Shown here piece after piece: positions 9,417 to 18,404 of a DNA stretch of 64,000 bases. The translations under genes were made by a program, and so were the position numbers. Each line of letters starts with the position of its first letter. The first letter of the stretch is position 1. Below the pieces are notes generated by a model. That model was not told where the DNA came from, did not search any database, and saw nothing but the letters and a program-made list of their open reading frames with translations. Source of the stretch: an uncultured virus (IMG/VR IMGVR_UViG_3300013370_000002) (lineage: Duplodnaviria > Heunggongvirae > Uroviricota > Caudoviricetes); IMG/VR virus record IMGVR_UViG_3300013370_000002, positions 1 to 64,000 of that record. One strand, 5' to 3'.

Positions 9417-10151
9417 AACAATGTGAAAACTATGAGCAGTTTAGAAGTGTCCTCGCTCACTGGTAAGAGTCACAGCAATGTACTGCGGGATATCCGCAAT
9501 ATGTTAAGTCAGCTTGATAAATCAATTTTGAATTATCAGCAATATCAAGTAGTTACAGACAAACAAACCAATAGAACGTCCGAGATAAAACTTGATAAAG
9601 ATTTAACTATTACGTTAATAACAGGTTATGACGTAAATACTCGCCATCGGATTAATAAGCGCTGGCAAGAGCTGGAAAATCAGGTATCAGCCAGTAGTCC
9701 GGTCACGCCAGCACTGCCTAACTTTACCAATCCGGCAGATGCAGCGATTGCATGGGCAGCAGAATATAAAGCTAAGGAGGCAGCACAAGAGCAATTAGCG
9801 ATTGCTGCACCTAAAGCTGCTGCACTAGACACCCTCAGTCACGCTAAAGGTTCTCTTGGCATACGTGAGACAGCAAAAGCCGTCGGCATACCTGAGCGAG
9901 AGTTTGTAAGGCGTTGTCTGGATAAAAGCAAGCCTATGTCGTCAAGATTCCTGTACCGCGATGACAGCGGCAGGCTAAATGCACACGCCCACCGTATCAA
10001 GCAAGGCTTTATGACTCAGAAGATAGGTAATTATGCAGATAAGGATGGTTATGATTTTGCGACTGTCCAAGTGAAGTTTACCGCGGCTGGCGTGGCGCAT
10101 ATCGCAAAGTTGATGCAGAACAAGCCATCTAGCCAGTTGAGGGTAGTGTAA
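9399..10151 (+). CDS. Rha-family regulator with a C-terminal KilAC/ANT antirepressor domain
   Basis: MSSLEVSSLTGKSHSNVLRDIR (Rha); LPNFTNPADAAIAWA...IRETAK...VKFTAAG (KilAC). Confidence 0.87.
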   Translation: MNNLMQNNVKTMSSLEVSSLTGKSHSNVLRDIRNMLSQLDKSILNYQQYQVVTDKQTNRTSEIKLDKDLTITLITGYDVNTRHRINKRWQELENQVSASSPVTPALPNFTNPADAAIAWAAEYKAKEAAQEQLAIAAPKAAALDTLSHAKGSLGIRETAKAVGIPEREFVRRCLDKSKPMSSRFLYRDDSGRLNAHAHRIKQGFMTQKIGNYADKDGYDFATVQVKFTAAGVAHIAKLMQNKPSSQLRVV

Positions 10152-11059
10152 TGAGATATACGCATAGCATTAATGCTGTCAAATGCCTTGAGTGGGATAT
10201 AAATCTCGCTCAAGGGGCTTTGATTGACTTGATAAACCAAGCTAGTAGCTGGGCAAAGCCTCATGTTATTGACGATGAAGTCTATTACTGGATATCACGC
10301 AATAAAGTTATTGATGAAATTCCAGTGGCTTACTCAAAAGCTGACACGGTTTATCGGTCAATTAAGTCGTTAGCTGAGAAAGGCATTATCAATCACATCA
10401 AAAGTGGTAAGCGCGATCTTATCAACTTAACTGAGAAAGGCAAAACATGGAACGTAAAAGGCACTGATATTGGTGATGCGAAACTCGGAAATAAATCCGA
10501 GTTAGCTGAAAACTCGGAAATAAATCCGAGCAAACTCGGAAATAAATCCGAAAAAACCCCTAAAAACTCGGAAATATCTCCGACAGATAAGAATACTAAT
10601 AATAAGAGTATTAGTAATAAGAAAAGAGTGCCTAAGACTGATAGTAAAAAAGAAGATGTTTTTAAACCAGTAAAACCAGAGCAAGTATCTGACCAGACTT
10701 GGAACGACTTGTTAGCACTTAGAAAAAAGAAACGAGCAGTAGAGTCTCAAACCGCTTGGACAAGAATTAATAACTCGATTGAACGAGCGCAGCAAGCAAC
10801 TGGTCATACCTTAGAAAACATCTTTAGTTATTGGGTAATGAGAGCTTGGGCTGGATTTGATGAGACATGGTACATCAACGCACACCCACAGCAGCCAACA
10901 AACAACTATCAAGGAAACACTCATGCAAACAACCAATCAGCTAACAACAAACCTCGCAGAGAAACTACAGACGAGTACAAACAGCGGATGCAGCGAGAGT
11001 TTAACGAAGAGTTTGGAATCCAAGTACAGCCCGGCAGCCATACAGACTGCTACAGCTAG
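10151..11059 (+). CDS. Replication initiator (lambda O-like)
   Basis: N-terminal winged-helix pattern, internal iterons, position in the replication module. Confidence 0.8.
   Translation: MRYTHSINAVKCLEWDINLAQGALIDLINQASSWAKPHVIDDEVYYWISRNKVIDEIPVAYSKADTVYRSIKSLAEKGIINHIKSGKRDLINLTEKGKTWNVKGTDIGDAKLGNKSELAENSEINPSKLGNKSEKTPKNSEISPTDKNTNNKSISNKKRVPKTDSKKEDVFKPVKPEQVSDQTWNDLLALRKKKRAVESQTAWTRINNSIERAQQATGHTLENIFSYWVMRAWAGFDETWYINAHPQQPTNNYQGNTHANNQSANNKPRRETTDEYKQRMQREFNEEFGIQVQPGSHTDCYS
10481..10583. repeat. Replication-origin iterons
   Basis: Four copies of AAACTCGGAAATAAATCCGA (10481, 10510, 10532; variant at 10564), each with a TCGGA/TCCGA palindrome, followed by an A-rich tract. Confidence 0.88.
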
Positions 11060-11621
11060 AGTCTTAAATCTTTTTGCAGAACTCAAAGAAGAGTACGGCG
11101 CATTGTTTGACAACAAAGAACATCGCTACACGCCAGCCAAGGCACGCGAATGGGCAGTAGAACTCTTAGAGTCAGGTATCAACGGTGAACAGTACCAACG
11201 TGGACGCTGGCAAGCAATGAAGCAGCAAGATTATCCAGTAGAACGCGCTTACAAGTTTATCAAGCTATGCAAGCAAGGTGAGATTGATACATACCCCACA
11301 GCCACAGAAGCTTTTGATAACGCTTGCAGTCAAAGCGGCTTGATCGAGGATAAGTACATCAAGCGTCAGTGGCTCCACGATGTCGTACAGCTAACAGCGC
11401 ACAGAGTTGGCATGGGTAGGCTCAAAACCGCAGACAACAAGTTTCTGAGCTATTTCAGCAAGGTTTATGAGCAGGTTTGCAGCGAGCATGAGGCTGGCAC
11501 GTTGTCTCTAGTACCAGTAGAGCGTCAGATTGCACACAGTCACCATCCAGTTGAAGTGGGCAGTGAGGTGGACAAGAAGATCAGTGAGCAGTTGGCGCAG
11601 TTGCGGAGGGTGGCGGTGTGA
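10923..11621 (+). CDS. Putative helicase loader (lambda P-like position)
   Basis: Follows and overlaps the initiator; AAGGA RBS at ATG 10923; W...L...G...P...FIKLC pattern. Confidence 0.55.
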   Translation: MQTTNQLTTNLAEKLQTSTNSGCSESLTKSLESKYSPAAIQTATARVLNLFAELKEEYGALFDNKEHRYTPAKAREWAVELLESGINGEQYQRGRWQAMKQQDYPVERAYKFIKLCKQGEIDTYPTATEAFDNACSQSGLIEDKYIKRQWLHDVVQLTAHRVGMGRLKTADNKFLSYFSKVYEQVCSEHEAGTLSLVPVERQIAHSHHPVEVGSEVDKKISEQLAQLRRVAV

Positions 11622-12004
11622 AGGCGATAATATTAAATGACGCTGAAAAGATAGGCGTCATCACTGGCAGAGTAACTCAGGCAAGAATGCCGATACCGCC
11701 TGATAAATACCCTAGGAGTGGATTGCACCACCCATCATTGGGGATTGATAGCAGGGTAGGTATTGGTACTGGTTTAAATATCAAAGTAACTGGCATTAGG
11801 ATTGAGCACATACAGGACATAAACGAGCAGGACGCTAGAGCTTGTGGATACCCTAAGCGCAAGGGCAGAAAAAGCGACCAGTCTCAATTAAGCCTTATGG
11901 ATGATGTTCGTTATTTTGATGATGTGTGGGACGAAAAGTACGGTCTAGGTGCTTATAAGAACAATGATTGGGTCTGGGTTATTGATTTTAAGAAGTGGGG
12001 TTAG
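11618..12004 (+). CDS. ASCH-like phage protein
   Basis: IRIEHIQDINEQDARACG...NDWVWVIDF. Confidence 0.65.
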   Translation: MKAIILNDAEKIGVITGRVTQARMPIPPDKYPRSGLHHPSLGIDSRVGIGTGLNIKVTGIRIEHIQDINEQDARACGYPKRKGRKSDQSQLSLMDDVRYFDDVWDEKYGLGAYKNNDWVWVIDFKKWG

Positions 12005-12101
12005 GGTGTGAATGTCACAACTACTGTGAGAGCAGCTGTAAAAACTCTACAGCTCAACAACCACCGCGATGAGTATCAAATTAGAAAAGGGAGTAAATAA
12101 G

Positions 12102-12626
12102 ATGGGTTTGGATATTGTGGCGTACAAAGGCGTTAAGCTTGTAAACGAGCCAGCACTAGACGAGTACGGCGATATTGCAGGCAAGTCAGCAAAGCAAGTC
12201 GTTATCAGTATTGGTAATTCAGAGTGGGAGCAGGGCGACGACCTAGAAGCTGGTCAGGTTTACACGTACGACGAGGCTATGAGTGTGTTTAGCGTACCTT
12301 GCTCAAGCTTTAATGATTTACGCGATGAGCTGGCACGTATTGCAGGATATGAGCCGATAATCAATTTTGAGCGCCCAAATAGGCAGTATATCGGACGAGT
12401 GTGGAATGACGCGATAGAGAACAAGCGCGGCTTACTCTATGAGTTGTTGAATTTTGCAGACAACGAAGGGGAGGTTGGCACTAAGAGCTGTCGCAAGATA
12501 CTGAACGACTTGCATACGGTATCGAGACGCGCTGGCGAGTTAAGCGACGATCACGGAATAGGTTTTTGCTACTTGGTAAGTTGTTTTGAGTTTGCCGCCG
12601 TTGATGGCTTTGTTCAGTTCCAGTGA
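12102..12626 (+). CDS. Hypothetical protein, paralogue of 42639-43238
   Basis: MGLDIVAYKGVK start with GGAG RBS; shares RDELARIAGYE, LLNFADNEG and FAAVDGFVQF blocks. Confidence 0.75.
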   Translation: MGLDIVAYKGVKLVNEPALDEYGDIAGKSAKQVVISIGNSEWEQGDDLEAGQVYTYDEAMSVFSVPCSSFNDLRDELARIAGYEPIINFERPNRQYIGRVWNDAIENKRGLLYELLNFADNEGEVGTKSCRKILNDLHTVSRRAGELSDDHGIGFCYLVSCFEFAAVDGFVQFQ

Positions 12627-12928
12627 AAAAAGACCCATCCGACTACACCCAAGGCGAGCAGAAGTATCTAGCTCGCCAGCAAGCGGTCAAAGCTGGCAGG
12701 CCAAACGCCATGACGTACTTTAAAAACGTCGCAGTGACCAAGGCAGGCGACTTTATTATCGGGCTATCGTACAACCTCGATTTACAGCGTTACTCATGTA
12801 GCGCGATTGAGATTGACGGCGTGAGATTTAATGATCCGTGTCGGTGGGATAAAAGTGGGAAGGCGCTAGAAGGCGATGTAAGCGACTTAATTCTTGGTTC
12901 GGTACATTCATCAGTAAGAACCATTTGA
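12623..12928 (+). CDS. Hypothetical phage protein
   Basis: 101 aa, GTGA overlap. Confidence 0.6.
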   Translation: MKKDPSDYTQGEQKYLARQQAVKAGRPNAMTYFKNVAVTKAGDFIIGLSYNLDLQRYSCSAIEIDGVRFNDPCRWDKSGKALEGDVSDLILGSVHSSVRTI

Positions 12929-13419
12929 AACGCAAGGAGGGTGTGAAATTGGCGCGTAAAGCAGCTATTAGATGGTCGAATATCACTGAAAGCAAAGTAG
13001 GGCAGGCTAATGCAGCAAAGATAGCGCGATTATGGCCCGCAAAAGGCGCTAAAAAATCTAAGCATAATAATATTCCGGTCGTTATCGACGGCATAAGATT
13101 TGATAGCACGGGTGAAGGGGATCGCTACTGTCACTTAAAGCGATTTGAGAGGCAGGGACGGATTAGAGACATACGTTTGCAAGTACCGTTTGAGCTGACC
13201 CCTACGATGCGCGATGAGGCTGGCAAGATCACGCATAACGCCATGAATTATATCGCTGATTTTGTTTATTTTAATATCGAAAAGGATTGTGAGGTGGTAG
13301 AGGATTTTAAAGGCAGGCGCACTAGAACATACATCGATAAGTCAAAACAGATGGCCTACAAGTACGGGATCATCATTTACGAAACCACAGCTAAGAACAA
13401 TAAGGAATTTATATTATGA
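12925..13419 (+). CDS. DUF1064-like PD-(D/E)xK nuclease (putative resolvase)
   Basis: SKHNN..VVIDGIRFDS..E...LQVPFEL...YIADFVY...VVEDFKG. Confidence 0.8.
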   Translation: MKRKEGVKLARKAAIRWSNITESKVGQANAAKIARLWPAKGAKKSKHNNIPVVIDGIRFDSTGEGDRYCHLKRFERQGRIRDIRLQVPFELTPTMRDEAGKITHNAMNYIADFVYFNIEKDCEVVEDFKGRRTRTYIDKSKQMAYKYGIIIYETTAKNNKEFIL

Positions 13420-13811
13420 GTGATACCGAGAAAGGCGCATGGCAGAACACGCTAGATGGCAGCTACATCAACGTGCATAACGTAAAAATGCTTGACGTTT
13501 CATACAGCGACGAAGGATGTTCGCTCATTCATTACATGAGCATGAATGAGTTGCTTCGTAATTATCGGTATTGCTATGCGGTCAAGCCAGCACCAGTCAT
13601 TGACGACACATTCAACGATGACATGGTAGCGCAGACGTTTGGTGGTATTCAACGGGATATGGGTACACAAGACAAAAGCGAAGCTATCTTAGTGACAGCT
13701 TGTTCTAAGTGTGGAAGTACCGTACCTGCTGACAGTGTAGACAAGCCAGCGCTAAGCAGATGGGCTGCCAGGTTCTTAAAGGCAGTAAAAGGTATCGAGG
13801 TGAGCGAGTGA
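13416..13811 (+). CDS. Hypothetical phage protein
   Basis: 131 aa, ATGA overlap, CxxC. Confidence 0.6.
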   Translation: MSDTEKGAWQNTLDGSYINVHNVKMLDVSYSDEGCSLIHYMSMNELLRNYRYCYAVKPAPVIDDTFNDDMVAQTFGGIQRDMGTQDKSEAILVTACSKCGSTVPADSVDKPALSRWAARFLKAVKGIEVSE

Positions 13812-13954
13812 ACAAGGTTAAGGCATTCTTTATCAAGCCATCCATGCCTTTTGACAAAATTCTCTTACTGGGCTTTTGCGAGCTTTTACAGCCGTAATAC
13901 TGGCTTTATTTTTACAGTTCATTCGATTGATTAACGAAGTGAGAGCAGGGAAAT

Positions 13955-14059
13955 AAAAAACGTCCAAGCTGGCAGGCAAGGACGTTTGGATATTACATAG
14001 ATGCTTCATCTGAGCAACGATAACGAGTTGATTATATCTGCATTGCAAAGCGGCTGCAA
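13955..14059 (-). ncRNA. Candidate antisense small RNA unit
   Basis: Minus-strand TTGCAG-N17-TATAAT (14059-14031) upstream of an AAACGTCC/GGACGTTT hairpin with a U-tail. Confidence 0.45.
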
Positions 14060-14083
14060 TGTTCATTATCTCAGGGATGCACT

Positions 14084-14809
14084 ATGGCTAAGCGACTAGG
14101 TTTTACTAAGCGTGATTTAAAAAATATTAATGTGACTGTCGGGCTAAACTTGGCGGCAGCAAGGCGTAACGCTGGCATGAGTCAAACAGAGGTCATGCAA
14201 GCGGTATGGGGCGTGTCAAACAATCGCAATCGTATCAGTGAGATTGAGAATGGTAAGCACAATTTATCACTAGCAGACCTTCTTATATTTCAAGATTTAT
14301 ACGGGCAATCAATGGACTATATCCTTGGGCTTTCATGCGAGCCTGAAATGGATATGCTGGCGGGCACCGTTAATCATGTGGTCAATCAGTCTCAAAGTCT
14401 TATTCAGATGCTAACGACTGAGCTTGCCAGCGTCATGGTGACTCATGTTAAGTCTATCTGCAAAAACGATCACGAAGCATTGCTAGCCAGCGCAAAACAG
14501 CTTTGCCAGACTGCTAAGACGGATAGCGCTAATACGGTCGTCGGTAGTCCAACTTATCAAGCGATAGGCGATGTTATGCAAGTCATTAGAGATATCGAGG
14601 TTAAGCAGGCAAGACAGGCGCAAGCGATTGATATGCAGATGACACAAATAGCGGAGCGCGTCGATAAAGAGGATAGGCATAGGTTGCTTGCGGATCGTGA
14701 TAAGCATTACCAGTACAGCATACCGCTTGCCAAACCTAAGACGATGAATGATGACAGTTTTGTCACTAACCCTAATGACGTGTTCATGGGGGTGACTTGT
14801 GGCGGATAG
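14084..14809 (+). CDS. XRE-family HTH regulator
   Basis: NLAAARRNAGMSQTEV...RISEIENG...SMDYILG. Confidence 0.8.
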   Translation: MAKRLGFTKRDLKNINVTVGLNLAAARRNAGMSQTEVMQAVWGVSNNRNRISEIENGKHNLSLADLLIFQDLYGQSMDYILGLSCEPEMDMLAGTVNHVVNQSQSLIQMLTTELASVMVTHVKSICKNDHEALLASAKQLCQTAKTDSANTVVGSPTYQAIGDVMQVIRDIEVKQARQAQAIDMQMTQIAERVDKEDRHRLLADRDKHYQYSIPLAKPKTMNDDSFVTNPNDVFMGVTCGG

Positions 14810-15638
14810 CAGGGTATTGCCTCGTGATATGTGGGATGTGGCTAGGTTTCTTTGGGAGAATACCAGAAAGATAACTGACACTGATATTATCGCTCAACTT
14901 GAGGTTGAGTTTGGGGATAAAGCACCTAGGTCAAACGGCACGATTAGCAAGCGCAGAAAAAAGGAAGAATGGAAGAAAAATAGCTTGCCAGAGGCGTCAA
15001 AACGGAAGAAAAAAGAGGAAGAAAGCGCAAAAACTAGGAAAAACTCCAAGGAAAAAACTTCCAATATTCTTCCAAAAACTAATAAAGCACAAACATTGGA
15101 AAAATCGTCTTATTTGGAAGAAAAAAAAGCGGATATTAATGGAGTAATAGACAATGTCGTTATGGGCGTAAAAGACCGCGCCGCTATCATCGTAAAGACT
15201 CGTAAAAGGTGGCGCTTAGTGGGTGAGATTGCCGATCAAACAACCATATTATCCCTTGGTCTTGTTGATATGGCAAACGATAGCGATGCAGACCCCGAGG
15301 AGATACAGAAGACCTTAGTTTTAACGAGCGCATTATCCAACACGCTAGATACGCTTACCCGATCCCTTAAAACCATATCCGAGGTAGAGCTACCTCTATG
15401 CGGAATCACCCCAGAGGACTTTAGCCAGTCCGATCAAGATAGACGATTAGGAGCGCTTGAGGCATTGGGTGATATTGACGGGCAAGAACGAGAAGCAAGA
15501 GATAGATTGAAGGCTGAGCTTGATGATAGGCTTGAGTGGATTAAGGAGACAGCCAGTAGCGGCGACTTTGGGCGCACGCCTGAGCCAGACGATGACGACG
15601 ACATAGAAGAGATAGACTATACGCAAGTTGACGACTAA
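14799..15638 (+). CDS. Putative terminase small subunit (PacA-like)
   Basis: N-terminal W..AR..WE...TISKR..KEEW HTH pattern typical of small terminases; helical middle and acidic tail. Confidence 0.5.
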   Translation: MADSRVLPRDMWDVARFLWENTRKITDTDIIAQLEVEFGDKAPRSNGTISKRRKKEEWKKNSLPEASKRKKKEEESAKTRKNSKEKTSNILPKTNKAQTLEKSSYLEEKKADINGVIDNVVMGVKDRAAIIVKTRKRWRLVGEIADQTTILSLGLVDMANDSDADPEEIQKTLVLTSALSNTLDTLTRSLKTISEVELPLCGITPEDFSQSDQDRRLGALEALGDIDGQEREARDRLKAELDDRLEWIKETASSGDFGRTPEPDDDDDIEEIDYTQVDD

Positions 15639-15677
15639 GGAACACCAAGGCGCTTAAACGCTGGCAAGTGCGATAAT
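15639..15677 (+). promoter_or_regulatory. Late promoter motif
   Basis: GGAACAC-N26-GATAAT. Confidence 0.75.
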
Positions 15678-15710
15678 TGAGTGACTTAAACGCATATAAG
15701 GCACTCAATT

Positions 15711-18023
15711 ATGACTACCCTAAATTACGATGCTAACGGCTTTATCGTTGGCATTAATCGCATGAAGGACGGGATTGATAACGTCCATGATGATACGCAA
15801 GAGATCATTCAGATACTCAAGAGCCAAAACCAAATTGGCAACACACGAATGCGAGAGCTTACCCGCGCAGTCAAATCCGCAAACTATCGTAGCGAATCAC
15901 AAGCCAGCGCAAGCATAAGTCGCACGCGCTCAAGCTCGCTCGATAGACGCCCGCGTATATCCTCTTCAGCTAGTACCGATGGCACCAATAACCGTAATAG
16001 CAATAGATCATCTAGCGGTTCAGCTAGTCGCTCAACGATTAGCCGTGCCAGCTCAAGTGCGGCTGATCGTGGTAGCAATTCATCCGGCTCAAGTAATAGC
16101 AGTACAAGCTCAAGCAACAACTCACCCGATAATGCTCGACGTGAGCGTGATGCCAATGGGCGCTTTATATCGGATGGTAGTAATAGCAAAAGAGGTTTTG
16201 GCTTGACTGGTGGTATGGGCGGCCTTAGTAATGATGTTAGCGGCATGGACCCGATGCTTGATAGTATTAGAGAGGCTAAAGAGCTGCTATCTCCTGTCGG
16301 ACGCGCTGGCAAGCTTGCCGGACGCGGTGCTAAGTTCAGTTGGTCAAAGTTTAAGTCAATGAAGCGACGCGAGCCATTGTCTAATGATGAGACGCGGCAC
16401 AATCGTGAGAATGAAAAGCTACTCGATAAGATATGGAAGGCGATTAAAAAGCAAGGCGGCGGTGCTGGTGGTGGCTTGCTTGATGGTTTGCTCGGTGCTG
16501 GTGGTGGTCGTAACAGACGTAACAGACGCAGGGGTCGAGGCGGTCTATTTAGAAGGGGATTGGGATTTTTAGGTAAAAAGCTACCCTATATTGGTGCAGC
16601 TATTGGGGCAGGTGCGCTTGCTAGCCAATGGGGTGATATGAATCATAAAGAGAAATCCGCTGGTGTTGGTGGCTTAGCAGGTACAACCGCAGGCATGGCA
16701 GCAGGTGGTGCGGCTGGCGCGACTATTGGTTCTATTGTGCCAGTTGTTGGTACTGTTATCGGCGGTCTTATTGGCGCAGGTATTGGCGGCTGGATTGGTA
16801 GCGGTGCTGGTGAGGCGCTAGGCGCGGCTGCATCTCCTTATATTGAGAAGTGGACAGACTCTATCACCGCTTATAACTTGCCTAAGAAAATGAGTGATAA
16901 GTGGAATAACGGGATTAAGCCGTTTTTTGCTAGCATGAGCCTACTTCCCAGTAAGTTTGATAGATGGATTGACTCTAAGGTTAATACAGTTAAGGATTTC
17001 TTTGGTGCTGGCGGAGCTGACGGCATAACATCAGGTAACGCAGGCGCTAATGGCGCAAGCGCTGCTAAGTTGTCTAAAAAGCAAGAAGACAACCAAATGA
17101 TGGTTTACAAGTCCTTTAAAAACGCTGGCTTGTCAGATGCTCAGTCCAGAGCGATGACCGCTGAGGTGGGGCGCGAGAACAGTTATCAAGATAAATATCT
17201 GTTTGGCGGTCATAACGACCCAGCAAATAACGAGTACAACCTTGGTATGTTTTCTTGGCAAAAAGAGCGTGGCAAGAAGCTATATAAGCACTTAGATAAA
17301 AAAGGGTTTATTAAAAACGGAAAGATCGTACAATCGCAAGAAGCGCTTGACGAGCAAGCAAGATTTTCTGTAAATGAAATTAATACCGACCCATCTTATA
17401 AGCGCACTAAAGAGCAGTTTTTAAAAAACCCTAATGTTGACTACAACAAGGCAAACGAGGTACTAGGCAATAACTATATTAGATGGCGCTATACCGACCC
17501 GAAGTACGCTAAGCATCACCAGTATAGGGATCAGTATAAGGCGCTTATTGATAAGCAGCTAAAGCCGATTGAGGGTACCAATGTTGTAGATGAAGTGAAG
17601 GATAAAGTAGTAAAGACAGTTAAAGACGCCGCCACGCAAAAACAGTCTACCAGCAAAGAGACTAAAGGGTCGGTAGCTGATAAAGCCAAGAACAATAATA
17701 GTGCGCTTGGGGTAAGCGTTGGTAGCATGACACCCGATAAAGCGGGCATTACCAGTAGTAGTTTTGTTGAAAATAAACCTATGATTTTCAACTCAAGTAC
17801 AACCACGCGCAAAGACTTTAGCTACAAACCTGCTAACTTGCCAGCCACGCCCGTACTAAAAATACCTGCCATGCCTAAGATTAAGGAGCGGCTGGATAGC
17901 GGTGGCAGCAATAAACCTATCATGCTGCAATCAAGCAATGATACAATTAATCAAAATTTGTCGGATAGAGGGTTAGCACATGCGGTTACAGGCGGCTTTG
18001 GTCAAGATAGGATGTGGGGTTAG
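15711..18023 (+). CDS. Tape-measure-like protein with a phage tail lysozyme domain
   Basis: Gly/Ala-rich hydrophobic stretch; GLSDAQSRAMTAEVGREN...GMFSWQKER lysozyme-like motif. Confidence 0.75.
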   Translation: MTTLNYDANGFIVGINRMKDGIDNVHDDTQEIIQILKSQNQIGNTRMRELTRAVKSANYRSESQASASISRTRSSSLDRRPRISSSASTDGTNNRNSNRSSSGSASRSTISRASSSAADRGSNSSGSSNSSTSSSNNSPDNARRERDANGRFISDGSNSKRGFGLTGGMGGLSNDVSGMDPMLDSIREAKELLSPVGRAGKLAGRGAKFSWSKFKSMKRREPLSNDETRHNRENEKLLDKIWKAIKKQGGGAGGGLLDGLLGAGGGRNRRNRRRGRGGLFRRGLGFLGKKLPYIGAAIGAGALASQWGDMNHKEKSAGVGGLAGTTAGMAAGGAAGATIGSIVPVVGTVIGGLIGAGIGGWIGSGAGEALGAAASPYIEKWTDSITAYNLPKKMSDKWNNGIKPFFASMSLLPSKFDRWIDSKVNTVKDFFGAGGADGITSGNAGANGASAAKLSKKQEDNQMMVYKSFKNAGLSDAQSRAMTAEVGRENSYQDKYLFGGHNDPANNEYNLGMFSWQKERGKKLYKHLDKKGFIKNGKIVQSQEALDEQARFSVNEINTDPSYKRTKEQFLKNPNVDYNKANEVLGNNYIRWRYTDPKYAKHHQYRDQYKALIDKQLKPIEGTNVVDEVKDKVVKTVKDAATQKQSTSKETKGSVADKAKNNNSALGVSVGSMTPDKAGITSSSFVENKPMIFNSSTTTRKDFSYKPANLPATPVLKIPAMPKIKERLDSGGSNKPIMLQSSNDTINQNLSDRGLAHAVTGGFGQDRMWG

Positions 18024-18330
18024 TTTGTCATTGAGCTTATTCACGCCAGCGCTGGCAAGTGATGACTACAACTGTACGCAGTTAATGTATGAGCATGGGT
18101 TGGCTACTTCAGCGCAGCTATATTGTGGATATGAAGATTACAGTGAGGCTGTAATTAGTAAAGCCAGTCAATGTATGGCACTCGCAGAAGATCATGGGGA
18201 GTCAGATCGATTGAAAGAAACTTTAAAAGAAGGGTTGGCTGATTTTCAGGCAGAGTATGAAAATGCCAGTAATAAAAAAGAGATATGTAGTGTGTTTGCC
18301 GATCAGTTTCCACTATTTGTAAGACCGTAA
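17980..18330 (+). CDS. Small exported protein
   Basis: Signal peptide ending PALA-S; four Cys in the mature part; followed by a terminator. Confidence 0.6.
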   Translation: MRLQAALVKIGCGVSLSLSLFTPALASDDYNCTQLMYEHGLATSAQLYCGYEDYSEAVISKASQCMALAEDHGESDRLKETLKEGLADFQAEYENASNKKEICSVFADQFPLFVRP

Positions 18331-18348
18331 AAATATAAGTTTATGAAG

Positions 18349-18383
18349 AAGGGCTTGCGTTTAAGGCGCAGCCCTATTTTTTT
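18349..18383 (+). terminator. Rho-independent terminator
   Basis: AGGGCTTGCG...CGCAGCCCT followed by a T-run. Confidence 0.65.
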
Positions 18384-18404
18384 AACTAAAATTAAGAGAG
18401 TCCA

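Noticed and set aside
10481..10583. CRISPR-like repeat array
   Set aside because: Spacers are only 2-12 nt, the repeats lie inside the initiator CDS and no cas genes are present; these are iterons
14799..15638. P1-style pac site (clustered TGATCA/GATC hexamers)
   Set aside because: No such cluster is visible in the PacA-like gene
15884..16402. Long antisense ORF and Ser-rich repeats in the tape-measure gene
   Set aside because: Shadow of low-complexity coding sequence; no discrete repeat unit
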